Program-made: the position numbers and the translations under genes
Source: a virus
Strand: one strand, 5' to 3'
Virus record (IMG/VR): IMGVR_UViG_3300025133_000048
Location: 32,390 to 96,389 of that record
DNA: 64,000 nucleotides
Notes under the pieces: model-generated
What the model was told of the DNA's origin: nothing
What the model saw: only the letters and a program-made list of their open reading frames with translations
Databases searched by the model: none
In this document: in pieces, positions 49,294 through 57,945 of the stretch
Numbering within the stretch: position 1 is the first letter of the stretch
Layout: each line of letters opens with the position of its first letter

Positions 49294-52032
49294 ATGGCTT
49301 ATAAATTTCAATTAGGAGCTGCTGTACTCAGTGGTTCCATTAAGGCGGAGGACGGCCTTGTCGCAACAGATGTTGACGATACTACCGCTGCCAATATCGT
49401 CGCTCAAATCGACGCTGGTGAGATTCCAATTGCGAAACTCGCTGCTACTACTATCTCAGGAAAGACTCTTGGTGCAGCCCTTGACTCTCTTTCTGTTACT
49501 GCTGACAAAGGACTCTCTATGAGTTCTTACAATGGTTCTGCTGCTGTCAGCAATCTTCAGGTTGTTCTTGATGGCAATGGTGGACTTGAATTCAATGGCG
49601 CTACCGGAATCCGTTTGGAAGCTGCTGTTGCTGGTAACGGACTTGCACACTCAAACGGTGTTCTTTCTGTTACTGTTGATGACAGTACCATTGAGATCAA
49701 TTCTGATTCACTTCGTATCAAAGATTCTGGTGTTACTAATGCAAAGCTTACTAACAGTGCAGTTACTGTTACTGCTGGTGACGGACTTTCTGGTGGAGGT
49801 TCTGTTTCTTTAGGCGGTTCGGTATCTCTTGCTGTTGGTGTTGATGATTCATCTATTGAGACCAATGCAGATGTTCTTAGAGTCAAAGCACTTGGTGTTA
49901 CTAATGCTATGTTAGCTGGTTCAATTGCGAACAGTAAACTTGCTAACTCTACTATCTCAGGAAAGGCTCTTGGTGCAAACCTTGATTCTCTCTCTGTTGA
50001 TAATAGCTCAATCGAATTTAGTTCTGGAACTGATTTCAACGGATCTGCTGCTTCAAACATTCGTGTTAAAGCATCAGGTATCACCAATTCTATGCTTGCT
50101 GGTTCAATTACTAATGCAAAGCTTACTAACTCTACCATTTCTGGTATTGCTCTCGGTGGAAACCTTAACAATTTCTCTGCGGCTGCTACTGGTGGTCTTG
50201 CTGGTTCTGCTTACAATGGTTCTGCTGCTGTTAACGATCTTCAGATCGATCTTACAAGTCTTACAGCAGATGCTGCTTTTGCAGTTGCTTCTGATAAGTT
50301 TCTTTTCTATGATGCATCTGAAGATTCTCACCACACCGGTTCTTTTGTAGAATTGGCATCAGGTATGGCTGGTGATGGACTTTCTGCTTCTGGTGGTGCT
50401 CTTGCTGTTGGTGTTGATGATAGTTCTATTGAGACCAATGGTGACAACCTTCGTGTTAAGGCACTTGGTGTTACTAATGCTATGCTTGCAGGTTCGATTA
50501 CCAACACTAAGCTTAGCAACTCTACCATCTCTGGTATTGCTCTTGGTGCTGACTTGAATTCACTTTCAAAAGCAGCAAATGGAGGTGTTAATTTCTCCTC
50601 CTATAATGGTTCAGCTGCTGTTTCTAACCTTCAGCTTGATCTTGATGATCTTGCAGCTGCTGTTGTTGATGTTGCTGCTGATAGCATCGCTATTCTTGAT
50701 GCTACTGATGATAGTTCTAAGAAAGAATCAATCGCTGATATCATGACTGCTGTTGCTGGAGATGCTCTTGCGGCTTCTTCTGGTGTTCTTGCAGTACAGG
50801 TTGATGATTCTTCAATCGAAACTAACTCTGATTCACTCCGAATCAAAGCACTTGGTGTTACTAATGCCATGTTGGCAGGTTCTATTGCTAATGCAAAGCT
50901 TAGCAACAGTGCTATGACTATCGCCGGAACTTCTGTTTCTCTTGGTGGTACTATCACTGCACCTACTATGTTAAACGTAGACATGGGTGGAGGATTTACT
51001 ATCGGCTCACAGGCTGATGATGTTGCAACATTTACTGGTGGTGTTATTGTTGGTGGTAACCTTACAGTTAATGGTTCTGTTACTTCTGTTAATTCAGCAA
51101 CTATTGAGATCACAAGCTCATTTACGTTTGAGGGTAGTACCCCAGATGCTAATGAAACAGTTCTCGGTGTTGTAGACCCTACTGCTGATGCTACAATCAA
51201 CCTTCCTGCAATGTCTGCTGGAACTTACTTCCTTCCAGTTCTTGAAGCTGCTTCAACTACTGCTATTGCTGCTACTCCTGCGGAAATCAATGCTATCGCT
51301 GATGCTTCTGCAAGAAGTGCTGATGTTGTTGATGTTTCTGCTGACCATTTCATGTTCTGTGATGGTGGTGCTACTGGTGGATATAAAGTTGAGTCATTGG
51401 CTGATTATGCTACTGCTATCGCTGGTGACGGTCTTGCTGCTTCAGCTGGTGTTCTGGCAATCGGTGTTGATGGCAGTTCTATTGAATTGAATTCTGATGC
51501 TCTTAGAATCAAGGCTTCTGGTGTAACCAACGCAATGTTGAATGGATCAATTGCTGACAGCAAGTTGAACCAGATTACAACTGCTAACAAGGTTGATGTT
51601 TCTGCTATCGATATCGATGGTGCTACTGACATCGGTGCTGCTCTTGTCAATGCTGATCTTTTTCTTGTTGATGATGGCGCTAGCGGAACAAACCGTAAGG
51701 TTACAATGTCTCGCATAAAGACTTATATTGGTGGTGGTTCTTATGCTATCAATACCATCGGAGATGAGGCTGCTACTCTTGCAGTTGGGTTGAATGCTCC
51801 TTCTGAGGCTGCTACTGCAAGTCGCACTTGGACTCTTCCTGCTTCTGCTGGTTTGGCTGTTGGTGATACCATCCTTATCAAGGCTTATGGTAATGCTGCT
51901 GATCAGCCGCTTACAATTGCTCAAGCTGGAAGTCAAGAAATTGACGGCTCTACAGAGAACCTTGTTCTAGAATCAAACAATGCTGCTATTCAGCTTGTTT
52001 ATGTTGCTGCTGATACACTTGTTATCTTCTGA
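49294..52032 (+). CDS. Repetitive Ala/Gly/Ser/Asp-rich fibre protein, probably high-copy (start moved to ATG 49294)
   Basis: SD GGAGG at 49281; six D.S.IE...D.LR[IV]K..G[VI]TN-type repeats; strong NNT codon bias like the capsid gene. Confidence 0.7.
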   Translation: MAYKFQLGAAVLSGSIKAEDGLVATDVDDTTAANIVAQIDAGEIPIAKLAATTISGKTLGAALDSLSVTADKGLSMSSYNGSAAVSNLQVVLDGNGGLEFNGATGIRLEAAVAGNGLAHSNGVLSVTVDDSTIEINSDSLRIKDSGVTNAKLTNSAVTVTAGDGLSGGGSVSLGGSVSLAVGVDDSSIETNADVLRVKALGVTNAMLAGSIANSKLANSTISGKALGANLDSLSVDNSSIEFSSGTDFNGSAASNIRVKASGITNSMLAGSITNAKLTNSTISGIALGGNLNNFSAAATGGLAGSAYNGSAAVNDLQIDLTSLTADAAFAVASDKFLFYDASEDSHHTGSFVELASGMAGDGLSASGGALAVGVDDSSIETNGDNLRVKALGVTNAMLAGSITNTKLSNSTISGIALGADLNSLSKAANGGVNFSSYNGSAAVSNLQLDLDDLAAAVVDVAADSIAILDATDDSSKKESIADIMTAVAGDALAASSGVLAVQVDDSSIETNSDSLRIKALGVTNAMLAGSIANAKLSNSAMTIAGTSVSLGGTITAPTMLNVDMGGGFTIGSQADDVATFTGGVIVGGNLTVNGSVTSVNSATIEITSSFTFEGSTPDANETVLGVVDPTADATINLPAMSAGTYFLPVLEAASTTAIAATPAEINAIADASARSADVVDVSADHFMFCDGGATGGYKVESLADYATAIAGDGLAASAGVLAIGVDGSSIELNSDALRIKASGVTNAMLNGSIADSKLNQITTANKVDVSAIDIDGATDIGAALVNADLFLVDDGASGTNRKVTMSRIKTYIGGGSYAINTIGDEAATLAVGLNAPSEAATASRTWTLPASAGLAVGDTILIKAYGNAADQPLTIAQAGSQEIDGSTENLVLESNNAAIQLVYVAADTLVIF

Positions 52033-52065
52033 TCCTTGATCAGAACTTTAACTAAGTTCATTTAT

Positions 52066-52099
52066 AAAGGCCGGCTTTTGTCGGCCTTTTTTCTTTTTT
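52066..52099 (+). terminator. Intrinsic terminator
   Basis: AAAGGCCGGC-TTTT-GTCGGCCTTT followed by a long T tract. Confidence 0.85.
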
Positions 52100-52128
52100 A
52101 TTTTCTATTTATCACAGGAGAAACAATT

Positions 52129-52572
52129 ATGTCATATGGATTTACAAGAGGAATAAGAACACTTGAAGAGCTTGGAACAGACCCCTCTAACCTTAATGAT
52201 GATACAGGAGCAGGAGAAGTGGTTAAGTTTGGTTCTGGTTCTTTAACAGCTGGAAAGCTCTATTATCTTAATGGGGCTGCTTGGGCTGAAGTTGACGCAG
52301 ACGCTCCGGCTACTGGTGCTGATCAGTTATTAGGCATAGCATTGGGCTCTAGTCCAACATCAGATGGTTTGTTGTTGCGAGGGTTTTTTGATGCTGCTAC
52401 TTATCTTTCAAACTTCTCTGGTGGAAAGGCAGTGTTTGTTAGTACAACCGCTGGTGGTATGGATACGACGGCTCCAAGTGGAACCGGAGATTATGTAAGA
52501 ATTGTTGGGTATTGTACGAACACGTCCAATGTAATTTATTTTAACCCATCGTCCACATGGATTGAACTATAA
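52129..52572 (+). CDS. Small decoration/cement-like beta protein (start moved to ATG 52129)
   Basis: Late motif CTATTTAT at 52105 and SD AGGAG; AG.LYYL..W...DAD..LLGIAL..G..LRG..G..VFVS..G....AP..G..VR.VG pattern. Confidence 0.55.
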   Translation: MSYGFTRGIRTLEELGTDPSNLNDDTGAGEVVKFGSGSLTAGKLYYLNGAAWAEVDADAPATGADQLLGIALGSSPTSDGLLLRGFFDAATYLSNFSGGKAVFVSTTAGGMDTTAPSGTGDYVRIVGYCTNTSNVIYFNPSSTWIEL

Positions 52573-53330
52573 TGGCAGATTATTCCAAAGTATTAAATAT
52601 CTCCGGAGAAAACATAGAAAGAATAAATGGTATATCCGGAGACAACATTATAAAATTAGATGGGCTCACAACCCCTTCAGGTGGTGAAGAAGGCCCCAGT
52701 CTTCCGACTCCAATGAAGATTTATAATTTTAATGAATCAGACACAGATATTGTGTTATATAATAATGCAACAACCGGTTCATTCTCTGGTGTCAACATGA
52801 ACGTCCTTTCACTAGATGGTACCAACGATTATGCTGACATAAGTGATTTTGCTGATGAGCTAATTGGCCACAATCCAGAACATTTCACCCTTACTTGTTT
52901 TATTCGGAGAACAAGCAACACCACAGCAAGAGAAGTTATTGTATTTAGAAATTATAACAGTGGTAATAGTCACCGGTGGGGATTCAATATTAAAAATAGA
53001 AAACTTGGCTTCTCTGGTCCAAATAGGGTTTGCAGCGACACAATAGCACAGGACACTTGGTACCATGTTGCCATGGCTTATAATGATACTACACGCAAAG
53101 CAAAAATGTACATTGATGGCCAACCAGCATCCGGCACAAATACTTATACAATAAATAACACAGCGTTTGCTGATAGTGACAAACTTTATATTGGAATGGA
53201 AACAGATGGATCAACAGTTAGTGACGATTATGAAGGACAAATTGGCCTCATGAAATTTTACAATACGACACTGTCAGACCAACAATTGTCCGATATATAT
53301 ACATCTGAATCTGGTTCATTTTTCGTATAG
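52572..53330 (+). CDS. LamG/ConA-like domain virion protein
   Basis: LSLDGTNDY, FTLTCFI, DTWYHVAMAY, MYIDG, LYIG, YEGQIG..KFYN..LS. Confidence 0.8.
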   Translation: MADYSKVLNISGENIERINGISGDNIIKLDGLTTPSGGEEGPSLPTPMKIYNFNESDTDIVLYNNATTGSFSGVNMNVLSLDGTNDYADISDFADELIGHNPEHFTLTCFIRRTSNTTAREVIVFRNYNSGNSHRWGFNIKNRKLGFSGPNRVCSDTIAQDTWYHVAMAYNDTTRKAKMYIDGQPASGTNTYTINNTAFADSDKLYIGMETDGSTVSDDYEGQIGLMKFYNTTLSDQQLSDIYTSESGSFFV

Positions 53331-53374
53331 CTTCCCACGCTTAAACAATGGTTCTGCCTTTTCTCTCTACAATC

Positions 53375-53391
53375 ACTATTTATTGTGATAA
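53375..53391 (+). promoter_or_regulatory. Putative strong late promoter ACTATTTATTGTGATAA
   Basis: Exact 17-bp match to 61655-61671; precedes the scaffold-capsid genes. Confidence 0.75.
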
Positions 53392-53414
53392 ACTATTACT
53401 TAGGAGAGAATTTA

Positions 53415-54464
53415 ATGTCATCTATGTTAGATCAAGCCATCGTTGATGCCCAGACACTTCGAGAAGCGGCCCTTAAAAATGCCGAACAGTCAGTGATTGA
53501 CAAGTATGCCCCAGAAATTAAGGCTGCTGTTGAATCAATTTTAGAAGGTGAGACAAAGCAAGTCATAACCGAAGAAGAATCAATAGCACCAGAAGCTGCG
53601 GCCACCGGTGGTTATGAAATTCCTTATGCAGCAGATCCGGGCGCTTCAGGCGAAGAGCCTGTCGAAATGACCATGGAATTCGAATTCGATCCAGAAGATT
53701 TCCAATTGGATTTAGAAAATTTAAAAAACGCAGTAGAAGCTCAGCCTGATGCTGCCGGAGAAGAACCTGAAGACATCGATTCTTTGGTTGGTTCTCTTGG
53801 GCTTGAGTCACCAGACGAAGGTGGCGGGTTTGAAGAAGAAGCACTGCAAGAAGATGTAAATTTAGAAGATGCTCTAATTGAAGAATTAATTTCGATGATT
53901 AGCGAAGATGCTATTGACGAAGCACTTGTTGTAGATACCGGTGAAGAAAAGCACGGTTGGGTAACAACTGATGCTGGGACTCGTAGCTATGACGCCGAGC
54001 TTGAACTAGCAGCAAAGCAATCAACAGAATACAAAGAAAAAGCAGCCGAACTTGAAAAGCAGATCGGTGAGCTAAATGATACCATTTTATCGTACCAAAC
54101 AACACAAGATAAGCTCCACAATGTAGTCACTGACATGAAGGACAAGCTTGAGGAAGCCCTTGTGATGAATGCACGATTGTTATATTCGAATAGAATATTA
54201 AGTGACGCCTCCTTGAATGAGCGACAAAAAACAAAAATTGTCGAAGCCGTCGCTAAGGCAAAAACAATAGAAGAAGCGAAGACAATCGCAGAGACTCTTA
54301 AAGAAACTGTAGTGGGTGCCGCACAAAAAGGCCCTCAATCACTCAGTGAGTCTGTAAATAGAAAGTCTAACCTTTCTCATGTGTTGCCACGTAGAAAGCA
54401 GCAAGAACTCAATGAGACCCTCGATTTCGCTGGTCGAATGAGAAAGCTTGCTGGCATAGACTAA
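53415..54464 (+). CDS. Prohead core scaffold protein (gp22-like; start moved to ATG 53415)
   Basis: Acidic, coiled coil, many [IL]-x-E sites, NARLLYSNRIL, C-terminal RMRKLAGI; directly before the capsid gene; SD AGGAG. Confidence 0.8.
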   Translation: MSSMLDQAIVDAQTLREAALKNAEQSVIDKYAPEIKAAVESILEGETKQVITEEESIAPEAAATGGYEIPYAADPGASGEEPVEMTMEFEFDPEDFQLDLENLKNAVEAQPDAAGEEPEDIDSLVGSLGLESPDEGGGFEEEALQEDVNLEDALIEELISMISEDAIDEALVVDTGEEKHGWVTTDAGTRSYDAELELAAKQSTEYKEKAAELEKQIGELNDTILSYQTTQDKLHNVVTDMKDKLEEALVMNARLLYSNRILSDASLNERQKTKIVEAVAKAKTIEEAKTIAETLKETVVGAAQKGPQSLSESVNRKSNLSHVLPRRKQQELNETLDFAGRMRKLAGID

Positions 54465-54490
54465 ATAAATACAATTAAGGAGGTATACAA

Positions 54491-56236
54491 ATGTCTATAA
54501 TTGAAAAATTATCAGAAGGTATTGTTAACCGCGACATGAAAGCGGAAGGACATGCTCTTCTTAACAAATGGGAGTCTACCGGACTTCTTGAGGGTCTTGA
54601 GACCCAACATCAAAAGGCGACAATGTCTCGTCTTCTGGAAAACCAAGCAAAAGAACTTCTTCGTGAAAGCTCTGCCATGGCTGGTGGTGACGTTGAAGGT
54701 TTTGCTGCTGTTGCTTTTCCTATCGTTCGTCGTGTATTCGCCGGACTTATCGCTAATGATCTTGTAAGCGTTCAGCCTATGAGTCTTCCAAGCGGTCTTA
54801 TCTTCTTCCTTGACTTCACTTTCGACCGTGATCGTCTTGGACAAGAAACCGGTGATTCTATCTACGGACAGGGTGCTGTCGGTTCTGACATCGCAACTGG
54901 TGTTTCTTTGAACTCTGCTCAGTTAGACAAGCAACCTTACGGATTTTCATCTGCATATGCTTCTCCAACTGGCTCATTAGCTGCTTCAGCTCTTCCACAA
55001 TCAGCTGTGACACTAGCTGCTAATGGCGCTACCTTAGCTACGGCCCCTAATGGTGCTACAATAGTTGGCACTATGGTTGCTGATGATTCTTTATTTGGAA
55101 ATTTAATCGATTGGGATGCAGATCTCATGGACGAACACAGCGGATCTTATATTTTAGCTCAGGCTTATGATTTTAGTGGTGTTGCTGATTTTAATTCGGA
55201 TCATCTCTCACAAATCATTCTTCCTCTTTCCGGGGCTACTGTTGGTCTTGTTGGAACTCAGGTTCGTCGTTTGACACAGGTTGATGCTAACAATTCAGAT
55301 AAAATCATCTGTTTTTATGTACATAGCACAACCCTTGCTGCTGCAACCATTGGTGCTCATGATCATGGTGCTGGTTCTTATGAAAAAATTGACACTTACT
55401 CAACAGCTGGTTTAGCTGCTGGTGCAGTTGCGGCAGACGCTTTTGCTCTTGAAAACAATGCAAACATACCAGAGATCGATATCAAAGTAGATAGTATCGC
55501 TATCACAGCAACAACCAAGAAGTTGAAAGCTAAGTGGACTCCTGAATTGGGACAAGACTTAAATGCTTATCACAACTTGGATGCTGAGGTAGAATTGACT
55601 TCAATCCTCTCTGAGCAAATTGCTCTTGAGATTGATCGTGAGATTCTTGCGGACCTTGTAAATGGTGCAACTGCTGCAACATATTACTGGGCTCGTTCTC
55701 CCGGAATGTTTGTCAATCGCGAGACCGGTGCTGAGATTGGTGCTTCTGCTGTTGCTCCTGATTTCACCGGAACTGTTAGCGAATGGTACGAGACTCTTAT
55801 CGAAACCATTAATGATGTTTCTGCACAGATTCATCGTAAGACACTTCGCGGTGGAGCCAACTATGTTGTAGTTTCTCCTGAAGTTGCTAACATCCTTGAA
55901 TTCACCGCTGGGTTCCGTGCAAACGTAACTGCTGACGCTGACAAAGGTGATATTGGTGCTGTTAAAGTTGGATCACTCAGTCGTAAGTTTGATGTTATCG
56001 TTGATCCTTACTTCCCACGTAATGCTGTTCTTGTTGGACGTAAAGGAAGCTCATTCCTCGAAAGCGGATATGTTTATGCTCCATACGTACCACTACAAGT
56101 AACTCCAACTATCTTTGGGGTTGAAGACTTTGTACCTCGCAAGGGTGTAATGACTCGTTATGCTAAGAAGATGGTTCGTCCTGATATGTACGGTCTTGTT
56201 ATCGTTCGTGGACTTCTTGGTGAAAGTGGCGCATAA
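54491..56236 (+). CDS. Major capsid protein (T4 gp23-like)
   Basis: KWESTGLLEG, LLENQ, VSVQPM..PSGLIF, KLKAKWTPELGQDLNAYH.LDAE.EL, EIDREI, YAPYVPL, GVMTRY; SD AAGGAGGT. Confidence 0.96.
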   Translation: MSIIEKLSEGIVNRDMKAEGHALLNKWESTGLLEGLETQHQKATMSRLLENQAKELLRESSAMAGGDVEGFAAVAFPIVRRVFAGLIANDLVSVQPMSLPSGLIFFLDFTFDRDRLGQETGDSIYGQGAVGSDIATGVSLNSAQLDKQPYGFSSAYASPTGSLAASALPQSAVTLAANGATLATAPNGATIVGTMVADDSLFGNLIDWDADLMDEHSGSYILAQAYDFSGVADFNSDHLSQIILPLSGATVGLVGTQVRRLTQVDANNSDKIICFYVHSTTLAAATIGAHDHGAGSYEKIDTYSTAGLAAGAVAADAFALENNANIPEIDIKVDSIAITATTKKLKAKWTPELGQDLNAYHNLDAEVELTSILSEQIALEIDREILADLVNGATAATYYWARSPGMFVNRETGAEIGASAVAPDFTGTVSEWYETLIETINDVSAQIHRKTLRGGANYVVVSPEVANILEFTAGFRANVTADADKGDIGAVKVGSLSRKFDVIVDPYFPRNAVLVGRKGSSFLESGYVYAPYVPLQVTPTIFGVEDFVPRKGVMTRYAKKMVRPDMYGLVIVRGLLGESGA

Positions 56237-56262
56237 TCTTTTAGATTAGACCATTCACAGTT

Positions 56263-56294
56263 AAGGCCCCTTGTCTTCGGACTTGGGGCTTTTT
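56263..56294 (+). terminator. Intrinsic terminator with cUUCGg tetraloop
   Basis: AAGGCCCC-TT-GTC-TTCG-GAC-TT-GGGGCTTTTT after the capsid gene. Confidence 0.85.
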
Positions 56295-56305
56295 CTATTT
56301 AAATC

Positions 56306-56314
56306 ACTATTTAT
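56306..56314 (+). promoter_or_regulatory. Putative late promoter motif ACTATTTAT
   Basis: Between the capsid terminator and SD AGGAG of the 86-aa gene. Confidence 0.7.
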
Positions 56315-56336
56315 TGATAGTCATAGGAGATTTTAG

Positions 56337-56597
56337 ATGAAACCCAAGCAAAAAAGACTTTTTGTAAAAAGACAACAAGAAGCAGCAAGAAAAGCACAAG
56401 CAGAAGCAAATGCACTCGCTGCTGAAAAGGCAAGGGAAGAAGCAGCTCGTCAAAAGCGAGAAGCTGAAGCTGCCAAGAGAAAAGCTGCCGAAGAGGCTGC
56501 AAGAAGAAAAGCTGCTGATGAAGCCAAAAAGAAGGCAGAGGCTGCAAAAAGAAAAGCCGCTGCTGCAAAAAGAAAATCTAAAGCCAAAGAGGAATAA
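56337..56597 (+). CDS. Basic Ala/Lys/Glu/Arg single-alpha-helix protein (histone H1-like composition)
   Basis: EAARK/EAAKRKAA repeats; has its own promoter motif, SD and terminator. Confidence 0.7.
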   Translation: MKPKQKRLFVKRQQEAARKAQAEANALAAEKAREEAARQKREAEAAKRKAAEEAARRKAADEAKKKAEAAKRKAAAAKRKSKAKEE

Positions 56598-56628
56598 AAA
56601 AAATAAAAAAAGATCCTCCCCAGTTTCT

Positions 56629-56660
56629 CCCTCGACACTTGAGTGTCGGGGGTTTTCTTT
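56629..56660 (+). terminator. Intrinsic terminator
   Basis: CCCTCGACAC-TTGA-GTGTCGGGGG followed by TTTTCTTT. Confidence 0.85.
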
Positions 56661-56668
56661 CTTCTAAA

Positions 56669-56677
56669 ACTACTTAT
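56669..56677 (+). promoter_or_regulatory. Putative late promoter motif ACTACTTAT
   Basis: Directly after the terminator, before the neck gene. Confidence 0.65.
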
Positions 56678-56697
56678 TAGGATTAGAGGATCATTAA

Positions 56698-57942
56698 ATG
56701 GCATTACCAACCTTAACACCAACTTCAACAACTTCAGCAATCATCCTGCCAAGCACAGGATCTACAGATAATGTTGTATCTGCTCTTCCACTCGGAGTCT
56801 ATTCGGCCTCATCACAATTTATAACAGGCGCCATGGCTCAAGTTGCTTTTACATATAAGAGACTTGGTGGCGATGTTTTAGATATTGAATTGACAGAGCA
56901 AAACATTTATGCAGCATACGAAGATGCGGTATTGGAATATTCCTATATAGTAAACACCCATCAGTCAAAGAATGCATTGGGTTCAGCTTTGGGAACTGCT
57001 ACTGCTTCATTTGATCACAAAGGTGAAGTTACAGCTGGGACAGGCGTTGCTCTTAAATATCCTAAATTGACATTTGATTACGCTTTTAAGATGGGCGATA
57101 AATTTGCAACAGAGGCAGGAGTCGGCGGAACTGAATCAATCTATAGTGCTTCTATAACAACCGTTGCAGACCAGCAGGATTACGATTTACAAAGCATTGT
57201 AAGTGCTTCTTCTGCTGCTGGTGGTGTACCCTATGCTGACTTAGTTGGTGATAAAAGAATTAAAATTAGACAAGTTTATTATGTAAGTCCGAGACAGATG
57301 TGGAGATTTTACGGATATTATGGTGGGCTCAATGTTGTTGGTGATTTTCACAATTATGGACAATACTCTGATACCTCTACGTTCCAAGTAATACCAGCAT
57401 GGCAAAACAAGCTTCAGGCAATCTCATATGAAGACCACCTTTATACAAGGACTTCACACTATTCTTACGAGGTTATTAATAATAAGCTGAGGTTGTACCC
57501 GATACCGCAGTCGGTATCACCAGAAAAGTTCTGGTTTAGGTTTACTATTGAGACAAATTCTCCATTTTCTGACGATACAGAGTCGGGGCAAAATGGAGTG
57601 AATAATTTAAACAATATTCCATTTGAGAACATTTCTTATGAATCTATCAATTCAATTGGAAAGCAATGGATTAGAAGATTTGCCTTGGCATTGTCCAAAG
57701 AAACCCTTGGGCAGATTAGAGGCAAATTTGGTGGGCAAGTTCCCATTCCCGGCGATAGCATTAGTCTTAATGCTTCCGATCTTCTTGGTCAGGCAAAAGA
57801 AGAACAAGCGACTCTAAGAGAAGAGTTATCTAAAGTTCTTGATGAGACTTTATATAATAAACTTATTGAGACAGATAAAAACATGGTTGAAAACCAACAA
57901 GCCATTGTCAACATGTCTCCACTTAAAATTTTTGTAGGATAA
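56698..57942 (+). CDS. Neck/head-tail adaptor protein (T4 gp13-like)
   Basis: RLGGDVLDIELTE, WIRRFALALSKETLGQIRGKF..PIPG..SLN..L..A..E..L.EEL. Confidence 0.85.
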   Translation: MALPTLTPTSTTSAIILPSTGSTDNVVSALPLGVYSASSQFITGAMAQVAFTYKRLGGDVLDIELTEQNIYAAYEDAVLEYSYIVNTHQSKNALGSALGTATASFDHKGEVTAGTGVALKYPKLTFDYAFKMGDKFATEAGVGGTESIYSASITTVADQQDYDLQSIVSASSAAGGVPYADLVGDKRIKIRQVYYVSPRQMWRFYGYYGGLNVVGDFHNYGQYSDTSTFQVIPAWQNKLQAISYEDHLYTRTSHYSYEVINNKLRLYPIPQSVSPEKFWFRFTIETNSPFSDDTESGQNGVNNLNNIPFENISYESINSIGKQWIRRFALALSKETLGQIRGKFGGQVPIPGDSISLNASDLLGQAKEEQATLREELSKVLDETLYNKLIETDKNMVENQQAIVNMSPLKIFVG

Positions 57943-57945
57943 ACA

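Noticed and set aside
49860-50900. CRISPR array or DGR template/variable repeat pair
   Set aside because: Repeats are irregularly spaced in-frame coding modules with no adenine-specific mismatch pattern noticed, and there is no reverse transcriptase or cas gene in the window.
49456-51936. Several long minus-strand ORFs (e.g. 49557..50171, 50631..51200)
   Set aside because: Antisense shadows of the strongly codon-biased fibre gene, with no SD or recognisable motifs. The same applies to the other short nested ORFs in the track.
52036-52128. N-terminal extension of ORF 52036..52572 given in the track
   Set aside because: It spans a terminator and promoter motif; ATG 52129 has a proper SD. Starts at 31891, 49279 and 53385 were corrected for similar reasons.
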